Assembly: GCA_018653365.1 (NCBI GenBank)
Contig: JABIAG010000003.1
Span: forward strand, 1-64,000
DNA: 64,000 bases
Direction: 5' to 3'
Source: Candidatus Woesearchaeota archaeon
GTDB lineage: Archaea; Nanobdellota; Nanobdellia; Woesearchaeales; JABIAG01
Positions 37,423 through 46,385 of this stretch are shown in pieces (the first letter of the stretch is position 1; the number at the start of each line of letters is the position of its first letter). The position numbers were made by a program, and so were the translations under genes. The notes beneath the pieces were generated by a model, which saw only the letters and a program-made list of their open reading frames with translations, ran no database searches and was not told where the DNA came from.

Positions 37423-37754
37423 CGGGTTTTTGGTTTTCGTGTGAAACTTTTAACTTCGATTGTTTCAGGTGCAAATCCGATTTTGATTAGTTCTTCTTTG
37501 ACCTTTTGTTGATGATTTCCTTGTAACTCAATTTTTCCATCTTTTGCTGTGCCTCCGCACGCAAATTTCCCTTTGAGTTGTTTTGCAAGGTTTCTAATGT
37601 TAATTTCTTTGTCGTCTACGCCTTCAACAATTGTGTATGGTTTTCCGAATTTTTTCTTGACCATACTTACAACAATCTTTTGTGTTTCTTTTGCTATGCT
37701 TTCACACATACAAAGTTCTTTTGGAAGTCCACACATGGTGCATATTTCGCTCAT
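37419..37754 (-). CDS. sui1: Translation initiation factor aIF1 (SUI1)
   Basis: CGLPKELC, FACGGT, IELQGNH. Confidence 0.96.
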   Translation of the reverse strand: MSEICTMCGLPKELCMCESIAKETQKIVVSMVKKKFGKPYTIVEGVDDKEINIRNLAKQLKGKFACGGTAKDGKIELQGNHQQKVKEELIKIGFAPETIEVKSFTRKPKTR

Positions 37755-37966
37755 TGCTTATCTTCAGCCTCTTTTTCAAGTTTTCTTGAATTGGTGATTG
37801 TTAATATTTTTGCGATTGTTTTCTTTCTTTGTTTTAACATTCCTGGACTTTTTGGTGGAGTCCCTGTGGATATTTGCGAGTAGTCCTGCATTAACTCTTT
37901 TTTTAATTCTTTTAACTTATTTTGCAAGTCAGCATTATTTAAATCGCGAAGTTCTTTGGATTTCAT
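37751..37966 (-). CDS. rpl29: 50S ribosomal protein uL29
   Basis: KELR...KKTIAKILT; operon position. Confidence 0.93.
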   Translation of the reverse strand: MKSKELRDLNNADLQNKLKELKKELMQDYSQISTGTPPKSPGMLKQRKKTIAKILTITNSRKLEKEAEDKQ

Positions 37967-38733
37967 TATTTTTTAGCCTCTTTTTTCTTTTTTGATTCTT
38001 TTTTCTTGGGCTTTGCTTGAGAGTCATCACTTTTCGGTTCACTTTTTTTAGTTTCTTTTTTCTTTGAACTTTTTTCGTCTGATTTTTTTGTTATTTCTTC
38101 TTCTTTGATATCTTCAGATTCTTCGATTGTTTCTAGTTCTTCTCTTAATTCTACTTTATCAGGTAGTTCTACATCACCGGGCATGATTCTTACCTGGATT
38201 CCCACAGTTCCACTTTTTAGGTTTGCAACTGTGTATGCTTTTAAAACTCCTATTTTTGCGATATGTCCTGATTTTTTCAAGTAGCCTTGATAGAATCTCC
38301 ATCTTTTTGCTCTTGAACTTGGAATTTTTCCTGAAATTAATATTTCAGTTCCTAGTGCACCTGCTTTCATTATTGCTTCTAGTACTTTATGACCTATTGA
38401 TTTAAATCGTCCCGATCCAAATCTTTCTAGTGTTGTTGCGATTCTTTCTGCAACGATTTTTGGATCTAGGTCTGGTTGTTGTACTTCTTCAATTTCGATT
38501 TGTGGATTTTCTAGGTTGAATCGTTTTTTTAGTTGTGTTGTTAGTAATTTGATATTTTCCCCTTTTCTTCCTACTACTAGTCCTGGTTTGGATGCTGTGA
38601 TTAGTATTTTTTCCCCTAGTGGAGTTTTCTTAAGTTTAACATTTGATTGTCCTGCTCTTTTTAGGACCTCATTTACGTATTCTTTTATCAAATACTCTTT
38701 CAGGTTTTCTGATACAAATTTTCTTTCAATCAT
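37966..38733 (-). CDS. rps3: 30S ribosomal protein uS3 with charged tail
   Basis: KPGLVVGRKG, AGALG, ISGK, GIQVRIM. Confidence 0.97.
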   Translation of the reverse strand: MIERKFVSENLKEYLIKEYVNEVLKRAGQSNVKLKKTPLGEKILITASKPGLVVGRKGENIKLLTTQLKKRFNLENPQIEIEEVQQPDLDPKIVAERIATTLERFGSGRFKSIGHKVLEAIMKAGALGTEILISGKIPSSRAKRWRFYQGYLKKSGHIAKIGVLKAYTVANLKSGTVGIQVRIMPGDVELPDKVELREELETIEESEDIKEEEITKKSDEKSSKKKETKKSEPKSDDSQAKPKKKESKKKKEAKK

Positions 38734-39419
38734 TTTTTAATTTCCTCTGCTTGATCTTTAGGAGCTTCAGTTTTTTCTTCTGTTTTTTTAACAGGTTTTG
38801 TTTCAACTTTAGTCGTGTCAGAAGGTTTCTTCTGTTCACTTTCTTTTGATTCTGTTTTCTTAGGCTCTGCCTGAGATTCAGAATCTTTTGATTCTGTTTT
38901 AGGAGTTTCAGTTTTTTCTTCAACCTTTTTTTCTACCGTGGTTTCTGTTTTTTTCTCGGTTGTTCCTTTTTTTGCAATCTTTTTATCGTCTTTTTTTGTT
39001 ATTTCTTCAACAACGATTTCAATATGTGTTGATTTAGTTTTAAGACCTCTCCGTCTTCCGTAATGGTAACTTCTTGATCCTTGATTTGGGATCATGGTTT
39101 TAATAATTAAACTGTCTGTGTTTAATCCTTTTGAGTTTGCATTTGCTTCAGCACTTTTTAATACGTTTAGTATGAATGTTGCTGCTTTGATTGGGTAATT
39201 TCCTGGACCAATTCCTTTTTTGTGACCTACGCTTGCAATTTTTCTACAAGGGACTGCTATTTTCATTAGGATAACATCTTCTAGCATTTTTTTTGCTCTT
39301 TGAACGTCTTTTCCTTTTATGAAATTGCTAATTTCTAAACTTGCTTTTCTTGAAATAGGTAATCCTATTCCGATTGCAATCGCTTCTCTTTCACTTAATT
39401 GTTTTGTTGTTCTCGTCAT
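38730..39419 (-). CDS. rpl22: 50S ribosomal protein uL22 with long charged tail
   Basis: ISRK, GNYPIKAA, SAEANA, THIEIVV. Confidence 0.95.
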   Translation of the reverse strand: MTRTTKQLSEREAIAIGIGLPISRKASLEISNFIKGKDVQRAKKMLEDVILMKIAVPCRKIASVGHKKGIGPGNYPIKAATFILNVLKSAEANANSKGLNTDSLIIKTMIPNQGSRSYHYGRRRGLKTKSTHIEIVVEEITKKDDKKIAKKGTTEKKTETTVEKKVEEKTETPKTESKDSESQAEPKKTESKESEQKKPSDTTKVETKPVKKTEEKTEAPKDQAEEIKK

Positions 39420-39799
39420 TTAACTGATACCGCACTACTTGATCTTGTTGCACCTACTCCTGGAGCTGAGTGTGCTAGTCTTTTTCTTGTTAATACAAAG
39501 TCGCCCAGTCTATATCCGATCATTTCTTCGGTTATGATTATTTTTTCAAAGCTTTTTCCTGAGTATACTGAAATTGTTTTGTCTATCATTGAAGGGAGTA
39601 TGATTATTCCTCTGCTATGAGTTTTTAGTTTTCCATTTCCTTTTTCTAAAGCAGTCATGAATTTTTTTTGTTCATCTGTTAGTCCTCTTGTTAGAGTTCT
39701 TCTTGCTCTTGTTGGAAGTAATGTTATGAATTCTTTTAGCGGCATTGCCTTTAATTCTTCTGTTGTTTTTCCTCTGTATTTGAATATTTTTTTTGCCAT
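39416..39799 (-). CDS. rps19: 30S ribosomal protein uS19
   Basis: YRG, KTHSR, MIGYRLGDF, PGVGATRSS. Confidence 0.97.
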   Translation of the reverse strand: MAKKIFKYRGKTTEELKAMPLKEFITLLPTRARRTLTRGLTDEQKKFMTALEKGNGKLKTHSRGIIILPSMIDKTISVYSGKSFEKIIITEEMIGYRLGDFVLTRKRLAHSAPGVGATRSSSAVSVK

Positions 39800-39804
39800 T
39801 TTAT

Positions 39805-40506
39805 TTACCTTTTCATTCCTGTTCTGCTTGGTGCAATTTTACCAACTTTTCTTCCAGCTGGTGCATGTCTTGATACGTGCATTGGTCTTCCTTTAACATG
39901 TGAACATTTTCCACCGAATGGATGGTCTACTGCATTCATAGATATTCCACAAACTTTTGGATATTGTTTGTGATGTGCTTTCATGTATTTGAAGTTGTTT
40001 CCTGCTTTCATTAGTGGTTTTTCTGTTCTTCCACCGCCAGCAATTACTCCTATGGTTGCTCGGCATTCTTGATTAAATAATTTGATTTTTTTGGAGGGCA
40101 GTATTACAGTTATTCCTTTGCTTGTTTTTTGTGATACTCTTGCAAAGTTTCCTGATGCTCGTACAAATTTTCCACCATCTCCTTGTTGTTTTTCAATGTT
40201 ATAAATGTAAGTTCCTTCTGGAATGTCTTTTAATGATAAACAATTACCTACTTTTACTGTTGTAGTTTCATATTCGATCTCGTCACCAACTCTTATACCT
40301 TCAGGTGCGATTAAAAGCACTTCTTCATTTCCAAATTTAGTTTTTAGTAATGGTGCTGAATGAATTTTGTTTGTGATTATATCTAATACTATTCCAGTTT
40401 TTTCACTATTAAGTTTAGCGTGTCTTGCTTTTCCTTTTGACTGGTGTTTTAGTGATTCATGTATTGAACCTTTTCCCCGTCTTTGTTGTAATAGTCGTTT
40501 TCCCAT
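39805..40506 (-). CDS. rpl2: 50S ribosomal protein uL2
   Basis: MGKR...QRRG, DGGKFVRASG, MNAVDHPFGG, GRKVG. Confidence 0.98.
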   Translation of the reverse strand: MGKRLLQQRRGKGSIHESLKHQSKGKARHAKLNSEKTGIVLDIITNKIHSAPLLKTKFGNEEVLLIAPEGIRVGDEIEYETTTVKVGNCLSLKDIPEGTYIYNIEKQQGDGGKFVRASGNFARVSQKTSKGITVILPSKKIKLFNQECRATIGVIAGGGRTEKPLMKAGNNFKYMKAHHKQYPKVCGISMNAVDHPFGGKCSHVKGRPMHVSRHAPAGRKVGKIAPSRTGMKR

Positions 40507-40507
40507 T

Positions 40508-40768
40508 TTAGATCATTCCCAATTCTGTTGCAATATCCATTGCAGGATTTTCATCTGCTAATTTTACATATGCTCTTTTTTTTCCTTTTCTTGATATGTA
40601 TGTGTTAACTTTTCGAACTTTAACTTTGAACATTTCTTCTACTGCTTTTTTTACTTCAGTTTTTGTTGCTTTAATGTCCACGTCAAATAGTAATTTGTTT
40701 TCAGCTTCCATTAGTCTGATTGCTTTTTCCGTGGATACAGGATTTTTAATTATGTCGTGTGATTCCAT
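40508..40768 (-). CDS. rpl23: 50S ribosomal protein uL23
   Basis: PVSTEKA, KVNT, KKRAYVKL. Confidence 0.96.
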   Translation of the reverse strand: MESHDIIKNPVSTEKAIRLMEAENKLLFDVDIKATKTEVKKAVEEMFKVKVRKVNTYISRKGKKRAYVKLADENPAMDIATELGMI

Positions 40769-40769
40769 T

Positions 40770-41570
40770 TTATATGAATAATTTATCCTCACTAATTTTT
40801 TTGATTGAATCTTCGCTGAATAGTACTAATCTTCCTGCTTCTGCGCCAGGGGCTAGTATTTTTGCGTTTATTTCGTTCACTTTTGCAATTTCTACGCCTG
40901 GAACATTTTTTACTCTTTCAACTTCACACTCTTTTGATACCACAATTAGGGGTCCTGTTTTTGTTTTGTATTTTCTTCCTCGCATGGTTCCTTTTCCTGC
41001 TCGGATTTTTTTTACTTTAACTCGGTCTAATTCTTTTTCAAGTCCGAATGATTTTAAGGCTTTGATTAATTCAGATGTTTTCTTTATATTTTCAATTCCA
41101 CTTTCAATTATGAAAGGATATTTTTCAGGTACTTGATGTTTTGTTTCAACTACCTCTTTCATTAGTGTTGCGGATAGTGCGCACCTGATTGCTTTTCTTC
41201 TTTCTTTTTTATTGATATCTTTGATTATGATTTTTTCTGCTTTTGGTGAGTGTGCTTTTCTTCCGCCAACAGTTCCTGGTGCGCTTGCTCCTACCCAGTT
41301 AAATCTTGTTCCTCTGCTGGTTAGAACTTTTCTTGGTACTCTCGAAATTCCAATTCCATAAGCTCCTCTATAATTATGTCTTCGTCTTGATACTTTTGAA
41401 GATGATCTCATTCCTGCACCTGGTTTTGAACCATAGGGTTGGATTGTTTTGGAGTTTACTGCAATGAATGCTCTTTTGATTAGATTTGGTCTTAGTTCTT
41501 CATTGAACTGTTTAGGCATATCTATAGTTCCTTTATTTTCGCCTTTTAAGTTTAGTATGTTTAGTTTCAT
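40770..41570 (-). CDS. rpl4: 50S ribosomal protein uL4
   Basis: GISRVPR, PGTVGG, RAGKGTMRGR, LAPG. Confidence 0.97.
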   Translation of the reverse strand: MKLNILNLKGENKGTIDMPKQFNEELRPNLIKRAFIAVNSKTIQPYGSKPGAGMRSSSKVSRRRHNYRGAYGIGISRVPRKVLTSRGTRFNWVGASAPGTVGGRKAHSPKAEKIIIKDINKKERRKAIRCALSATLMKEVVETKHQVPEKYPFIIESGIENIKKTSELIKALKSFGLEKELDRVKVKKIRAGKGTMRGRKYKTKTGPLIVVSKECEVERVKNVPGVEIAKVNEINAKILAPGAEAGRLVLFSEDSIKKISEDKLFI

Positions 41571-42499
41571 AATATCAACTTTTTAAGTTCAATTTTTGTG
41601 CTAGGTTTTCTTTTTGCTCTTATAGCATTTGTGATTGTGATTGGTCTTTTTTTGGATCCTGCAATACTGCCTTTGATTATGATAAAGTTATTTTTGATTT
41701 TTCCATAGTGTCGAATTCCTTCTTCAGGTAGTGTGTCTTCCATTTTTAGAATTTGTTTGTTGTATTCTGTTCTTTGGTGGAATCCCATTTTTCCGGGTTG
41801 TGCAACTCGATACATCATATGTGCTTGTGCTTTCCATCCACCTGATCTTGCACCAACTCCTCTTTGACCTTTTTCAGATCTGTGAGATTTTAGGTTAACT
41901 CCAAATCGTTTAACCACTCCTTGGTACCCTTTTCCTTTTGTTACTGCATGAATGTCAACAAAGATGTTTTCTTCAAATACGTCTTTTACATTGATTTCTT
42001 TTTCTAGGTTTTCTTTTACCCAGGTTAGTTGTTCTTCTTTTGATCCACCTAGTGCTACTTCAAAGATATCAGGTACTTTTTTCCCCATACTTGTTAGTTT
42101 AGGTTGGGTGTATGTAAGAATTCTTATTTGATCGTATACGTCTTTTACATCGTCTAATTTTTTAGAATATTCTTTTGGTAAGGGTAATCGTTTTTTAAGA
42201 TCTTGATCGAGTTTTGGTGAGAGAATTTCGGTTTGAATTGAATTTTTTTGGTAGAAACGCACAGAAAAGATTTTGATTGGTGGACACTCAATCAGTGTCA
42301 CGGGAATGGAATGTTGAAGAGTTAGTTTGCCTTTTTGTTCAGCACCCATCATATGAGCCATTCCAACTTTATAGCCCACAAATCCCAGGGGTTTGGCTTG
42401 TTTGCCAGTCCAAGTTCTAACTCTAGTTAAAAGTTTCTTGGCCCTTTTTCTTGGCCAAAATTGCATACTTCCATGCCTTGGGTTTGCTTTTTTTACCAT
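41567..42499 (-). CDS. rpl3: 50S ribosomal protein uL3
   Basis: PRHGS, GYKVGM, TKGKGYQGVVKRFG, GFHQRTEYNK. Confidence 0.97.
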   Translation of the reverse strand: MVKKANPRHGSMQFWPRKRAKKLLTRVRTWTGKQAKPLGFVGYKVGMAHMMGAEQKGKLTLQHSIPVTLIECPPIKIFSVRFYQKNSIQTEILSPKLDQDLKKRLPLPKEYSKKLDDVKDVYDQIRILTYTQPKLTSMGKKVPDIFEVALGGSKEEQLTWVKENLEKEINVKDVFEENIFVDIHAVTKGKGYQGVVKRFGVNLKSHRSEKGQRGVGARSGGWKAQAHMMYRVAQPGKMGFHQRTEYNKQILKMEDTLPEEGIRHYGKIKNNFIIIKGSIAGSKKRPITITNAIRAKRKPSTKIELKKLIL

Positions 42500-42684
42500 T
42501 TCCTAAGTTAATTTTTGTTTTTGCTTCTACCGCCTCTTTATTGTGGTTGAATTTAAACTGCCTTTTTATGAAAACATTGAAGAAGTACTTTCGTACTGAA
42601 AATGTTTTCTTTTCAGGCTGATTTGTGCTGAGTATCTAATTTATCGTCAGATACGAAAAAAAGAATTTTATATGTCTTTATAAA
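42500..42684 (-). promoter_or_regulatory. Promoter and about 155-nt structured 5' leader of the rpl3 operon
   Basis: TTTATAAA at 42677-42684; hairpin 42632-42654; nested stem 42560-42618 capped by a GAAA tetraloop on the mRNA strand. Confidence 0.55.
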
Positions 42685-42719
42685 TGTTATTCTTTTTTAG
42701 AGGAAGAGCAGGTTTAATC

Positions 42720-43847
42720 TTAACTTAATACGAACTTTAGAGTGGGTTGTGGTTCTTCATCTTCAAAGTATCTTGCACCCTCATCAATTTCTTCAAATGT
42801 TAAAGTTAATCCAAGAACGCTTTTACTATCTCCCTCTTCCAGGGTGATTAATTCATCGTTTAATAATAATCTAATTCTTTTTTCTTCAAAATTAAGAATT
42901 TCAATTTCTTCAAGATAAACATATTTACTCTGATGTTTAAATACAAAGCTTGTGCTTTGATCTAGAGAGTCTGTATGAGACAAAGGTAAGTCGTCAAATA
43001 GGTTGCTGGTCATTCCACGGGGGGTTTTAAGACCGTATGATGCTTTGTCATATGCTAGTTGAACACTACTATATGTGACTCCTCCAAATTCACACACGGT
43101 GAATGTTACGCCATCAAAAACCTCTTCTTGTCCTTTTCTTATCTTTCTCTCTTCTCCATTAACACTAAGTGTTATTGAATTTTCTGAGAAATCAAAGTTT
43201 GTTGCTTTTATCCTAAATACTGAATTGCCAATTTTTTGTTTATATCTTACATCTGTTGTAAATGACGCACCATATAATATGCAACTGTTGTCTCCCTCTG
43301 GACAGCTGTTTTCTTTTATTTTTTCACATAGATTACTTTCTTCAACTCTTTCTGAATAAAATATTATGCTGTCTGATGTTGAAAGTTGATTATAACTTTG
43401 ATAATTGCTTACTTTTTCTGCTATTTCTAGGGTGTCTTCTTTACTTGTGCCTGCTATCAGTAAAATTGTTCGTCCTTCATCTTCTACAACTTTTATTACT
43501 GACTCCCCAACTTTGTAGGGCCAGTTCTCACATGTTTCTTTTGAGTAATCATTCCAGAATGTATTAGCACAGGGCCCACCTAATATGATTAAGTTTTGGT
43601 TGTTTACTGTGGCATATTTGTCAAAGTCTATAAATCCCGGTCCAATTTCATGTGTTTGTACATTATCTCCCAGTATTTGGGCAAATATTTGTAAGTATGC
43701 TCCGTTGTCTTCCTGTCCAAAGATCATTAACAAATCCTCTTCTGATCTAAACTCATCATCTATCTTGTCTATTGCTTCTGTTACACTTATTGCACTAACT
43801 GCTGTTGTTAGCATAATTACAAGAATTAAATAACATATAATTTTCAT
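42720..43847 (-). CDS. Secreted protein with an S-layer C-terminal-like domain
   Basis: Signal peptide ending AVSA; NLIILGGPCAN and LLIAGTSKEDT resemble euryarchaeal S-layer signature motifs. Confidence 0.65.
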   Translation of the reverse strand: MKIICYLILVIMLTTAVSAISVTEAIDKIDDEFRSEEDLLMIFGQEDNGAYLQIFAQILGDNVQTHEIGPGFIDFDKYATVNNQNLIILGGPCANTFWNDYSKETCENWPYKVGESVIKVVEDEGRTILLIAGTSKEDTLEIAEKVSNYQSYNQLSTSDSIIFYSERVEESNLCEKIKENSCPEGDNSCILYGASFTTDVRYKQKIGNSVFRIKATNFDFSENSITLSVNGEERKIRKGQEEVFDGVTFTVCEFGGVTYSSVQLAYDKASYGLKTPRGMTSNLFDDLPLSHTDSLDQSTSFVFKHQSKYVYLEEIEILNFEEKRIRLLLNDELITLEEGDSKSVLGLTLTFEEIDEGARYFEDEEPQPTLKFVLS

Positions 43848-45220
43848 TCTTTTTTAGAATCTTCGTTTTTATTTAAAGTTTCCTTTTTTTGTGTTGTTTC
43901 TTTTCTCTTCTCTTTATTATTCTGTCCAGCAAACACCTTTCTTCGTGCGTAGTTTACTGGGTTTTTTATCTTTCCACATAGGTTATCTGGGAAGCACATT
44001 TTCATTCCTTTGTAATACATCTCATTTGTACAGTTGGGGGGTAGTTTTTTGCCGTTTTTCTTTGTATATTTTAGTTGTCCTTTCCAGTAGACCTCTTTTA
44101 GGGGTTCTTTGTTGCATTTGTTCCAGGCTATCAGTCTGGCCTCAATTTGATCCCAGCCCCAGCCTACACTTGCTAAAAAGTTAATTAGAATAAATACTGC
44201 TCTTTTTTTCCCGTCGTCCATTCCTTTTAGTATATATACTATGCATGGAGGAAACAGCTCTTCAGGTATTGCTTCTTGTAGTTCTTCATATGCTATTTCT
44301 TTTTTTGTTGTTTCATCCTCTTTTATTTCTGGTTTGTAGTCTATTGCCTGAACGAATAAGTTTTCAGCTTCGTTCGGGACTACGTTTTCTCTGTCAAAGA
44401 ACTTCAAAATATTTCTTACGTTTTCTGGTTTAGCATCAACTCTACTAAAGCCTTTGATATCTTCTGGTTTTATTACAACAGATATTAGTCCTGATTTTTC
44501 ATTGTAACAATAGGGCATTCGGCATAAGTGTCGTGAAGAGATTAGTATGGTGTCTACGTCTACAACTTCAAATGGGTCGAACTGTTTTTCTTTTATTAAT
44601 TCTTTAACCTCTTTTCCTACGTTTTTTGCTATCTCTTCAATGCCTCCCTTTTCTAATAGTCCGGTTATTAGATGTTCTCGTATCATTTCTTTAAGGTACA
44701 TTGCAATTCTTCTTGCTCCTTCTGGAAACCAGGTTCTTACTTCATGTTCCATGGTTCGTTTTGGAAATGCTTCAAAGGGTACTCCAATGTGGAAGCCGTG
44801 ATTGCCTGAGAACTTACACATTATGGATTTTATTCCATGGTGTTTTAATGCCTCTACTATGAGGAAGGATGCAACTTTAGAGTATTCAAAAAAGGGAGTA
44901 TCTATATCAATAATTAAGTCCCATCCTTTTCTTAACTCCTCCATCTCTTTTTGTTTTAAGTCTAAATTTAATTGTAAGGGGTCTTTCCATATCTCTTCAG
45001 AAAAGTGAAATGATGTTGCTCCGTTTTTTGCTAATTCTAAAACATCTGCAGGATTATTAATCACATCTGGACGTTTTCCATAACCATATTTGGTACCATA
45101 ATCATATTTCATTCCCACTTCTTTATCTTTGGCTTCACGTGCGATGGCAGTTTGTACATCTTCGCGACTATAGAATTCTAATACTTCTTCTTTGTCCAGT
45201 TTTTTATCTTCTCCCCCCAT
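43844..45220 (-). CDS. Fused DNA primase: PriS catalytic domain plus PriL C-terminal Fe-S domain
   Basis: GWDLIIDID, KFSGNHGFH, RMPY, then FPPCI...PPNC...CFPDNLC...KNPV. Confidence 0.9.
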   Translation of the reverse strand: MGGEDKKLDKEEVLEFYSREDVQTAIAREAKDKEVGMKYDYGTKYGYGKRPDVINNPADVLELAKNGATSFHFSEEIWKDPLQLNLDLKQKEMEELRKGWDLIIDIDTPFFEYSKVASFLIVEALKHHGIKSIMCKFSGNHGFHIGVPFEAFPKRTMEHEVRTWFPEGARRIAMYLKEMIREHLITGLLEKGGIEEIAKNVGKEVKELIKEKQFDPFEVVDVDTILISSRHLCRMPYCYNEKSGLISVVIKPEDIKGFSRVDAKPENVRNILKFFDRENVVPNEAENLFVQAIDYKPEIKEDETTKKEIAYEELQEAIPEELFPPCIVYILKGMDDGKKRAVFILINFLASVGWGWDQIEARLIAWNKCNKEPLKEVYWKGQLKYTKKNGKKLPPNCTNEMYYKGMKMCFPDNLCGKIKNPVNYARRKVFAGQNNKEKRKETTQKKETLNKNEDSKKE

Positions 45221-45302
45221 GCTCTCCAGATACTTTACAAATTTAATAAGGTTTTGGTAAGTTTAACAATACTTTTATATTATTAGTACTTATCTTTCTT
45301 TT

Positions 45303-46133
45303 ATGTCTTTGATCAATAATGTTAAAACATTTGTTTTGCTTGGCTTACTTACTGCGCTATTATTGTGGGTTGGTAGCTTCTGGGGTTATTCTGGCTTGGC
45401 AATAGCTCTTGTTCTTGTTTTGGTGATGAATCTTGTTTCTTTTTGGTATTCTGATAAGATTGTTTTGAAGATGTATAAAGCTAAAGAAATCCGCTCTGCT
45501 CCTGTTAAGGAGTTGGTTAAAGAACTTGCTAAAGAGGCTAACATACCAATGCCTAAAGTATACCTTATCCCCTCTGATGCCCCTAACGCTTTTGCAACGG
45601 GTCGTTCTCCAGAGCATGCTGCTGTTGCGGTCACTCAGGGAATACTTTCAGCCCTAACAAAGGATGAACTTCGTGGGGTGTTAGCTCATGAACTTGCTCA
45701 TATTAAGAATCGAGACACACTTATTCAAACTGTTGCTTCTGTTATTGCAGGCGTTATTTCTTATGTTGCAATGATGGCCAGATTTGGCGCGATGTTTGGA
45801 GGGTATGGGGACAGAGATGGTGGAAGGGGAATAGAGTTGTTAGCATTAGCGATCATTACCCCTCTTATTGCGGTAATAATTCAACTTGCTATTTCTAGAA
45901 GTAGGGAATTTTTGGCTGATGAACGGGGTGCTAAGTTGATAAGGGATGGATTGCCCCTGGCTTCTGCTTTAGAAAAGCTGGAGTCTTCACATGTTAAGTT
46001 GAAGTTTGGTTCCAAAATGACTTCTAGTTTATTTATTGTAAATCCTTTTAAAGGAAAGGCTCTTTGGAAGTTATTATCAACACACCCGTCTACAAGTGTG
46101 CGTGTTGAAAAACTAAAATCAATGAGGTGGTAA
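45303..46133 (+). CDS. htpX: Zinc metalloprotease HtpX (M48)
   Basis: PNAFATG, AHELAH, SRSREFLAD, STHP. Confidence 0.95.
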   Translation: MSLINNVKTFVLLGLLTALLLWVGSFWGYSGLAIALVLVLVMNLVSFWYSDKIVLKMYKAKEIRSAPVKELVKELAKEANIPMPKVYLIPSDAPNAFATGRSPEHAAVAVTQGILSALTKDELRGVLAHELAHIKNRDTLIQTVASVIAGVISYVAMMARFGAMFGGYGDRDGGRGIELLALAIITPLIAVIIQLAISRSREFLADERGAKLIRDGLPLASALEKLESSHVKLKFGSKMTSSLFIVNPFKGKALWKLLSTHPSTSVRVEKLKSMRW

Positions 46134-46134
46134 T

Positions 46135-46368
46135 ATGGCTGCAATGGCTTATGTGTTAATTAGTGCGAGAAACGAACAGGAAGTTGCTAAGAAACTTATG
46201 AATTTTGATTTAGTTTCAGAGGTTCACGAATTGTTTGGTCAATGGGAAATTATTGTTAAGTTAGAGGCTGAGGAGATGGCGTCGATTCAAGATTTTATTA
46301 ATAATACTATTCGTGCTGATAAAGAAATCCAGGGTACAGAAACTCTAATAGTAAGTGATGTATTCTAG
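46135..46368 (+). CDS. Stand-alone Lrp/AsnC ligand-binding (RAM) domain
   Basis: AYVLI...EVHELFGQWEIIVK...TETLI. Confidence 0.85.
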   Translation: MAAMAYVLISARNEQEVAKKLMNFDLVSEVHELFGQWEIIVKLEAEEMASIQDFINNTIRADKEIQGTETLIVSDVF

Positions 46369-46385
46369 AAACTTTTTTATTTTTT

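Larger units (their letters stand above)
35732..38846. repeat. 76-bp dispersed repeat in the uL24 (35732-35807) and uL22 (38771-38846) tails, 3 mismatches
   Basis: Direct comparison; encodes KESEQKKxSxTTKVETKPVKKTEEK. Confidence 0.9.

Noticed and set aside
38726-38923. 65-aa basic ORF resembling the apparent N-terminal extension of eS4 (35720-35800)
   Set aside because: Both are alternative-frame readings of the duplicated uL22/uL24 tail DNA, not separate genes.
42500-42720. tRNA, SRP RNA or RNase P RNA in the largest intergenic gap
   Set aside because: AT-rich, with no cloverleaf or conserved SRP/RNase P motifs seen; kept only as a candidate mRNA leader.
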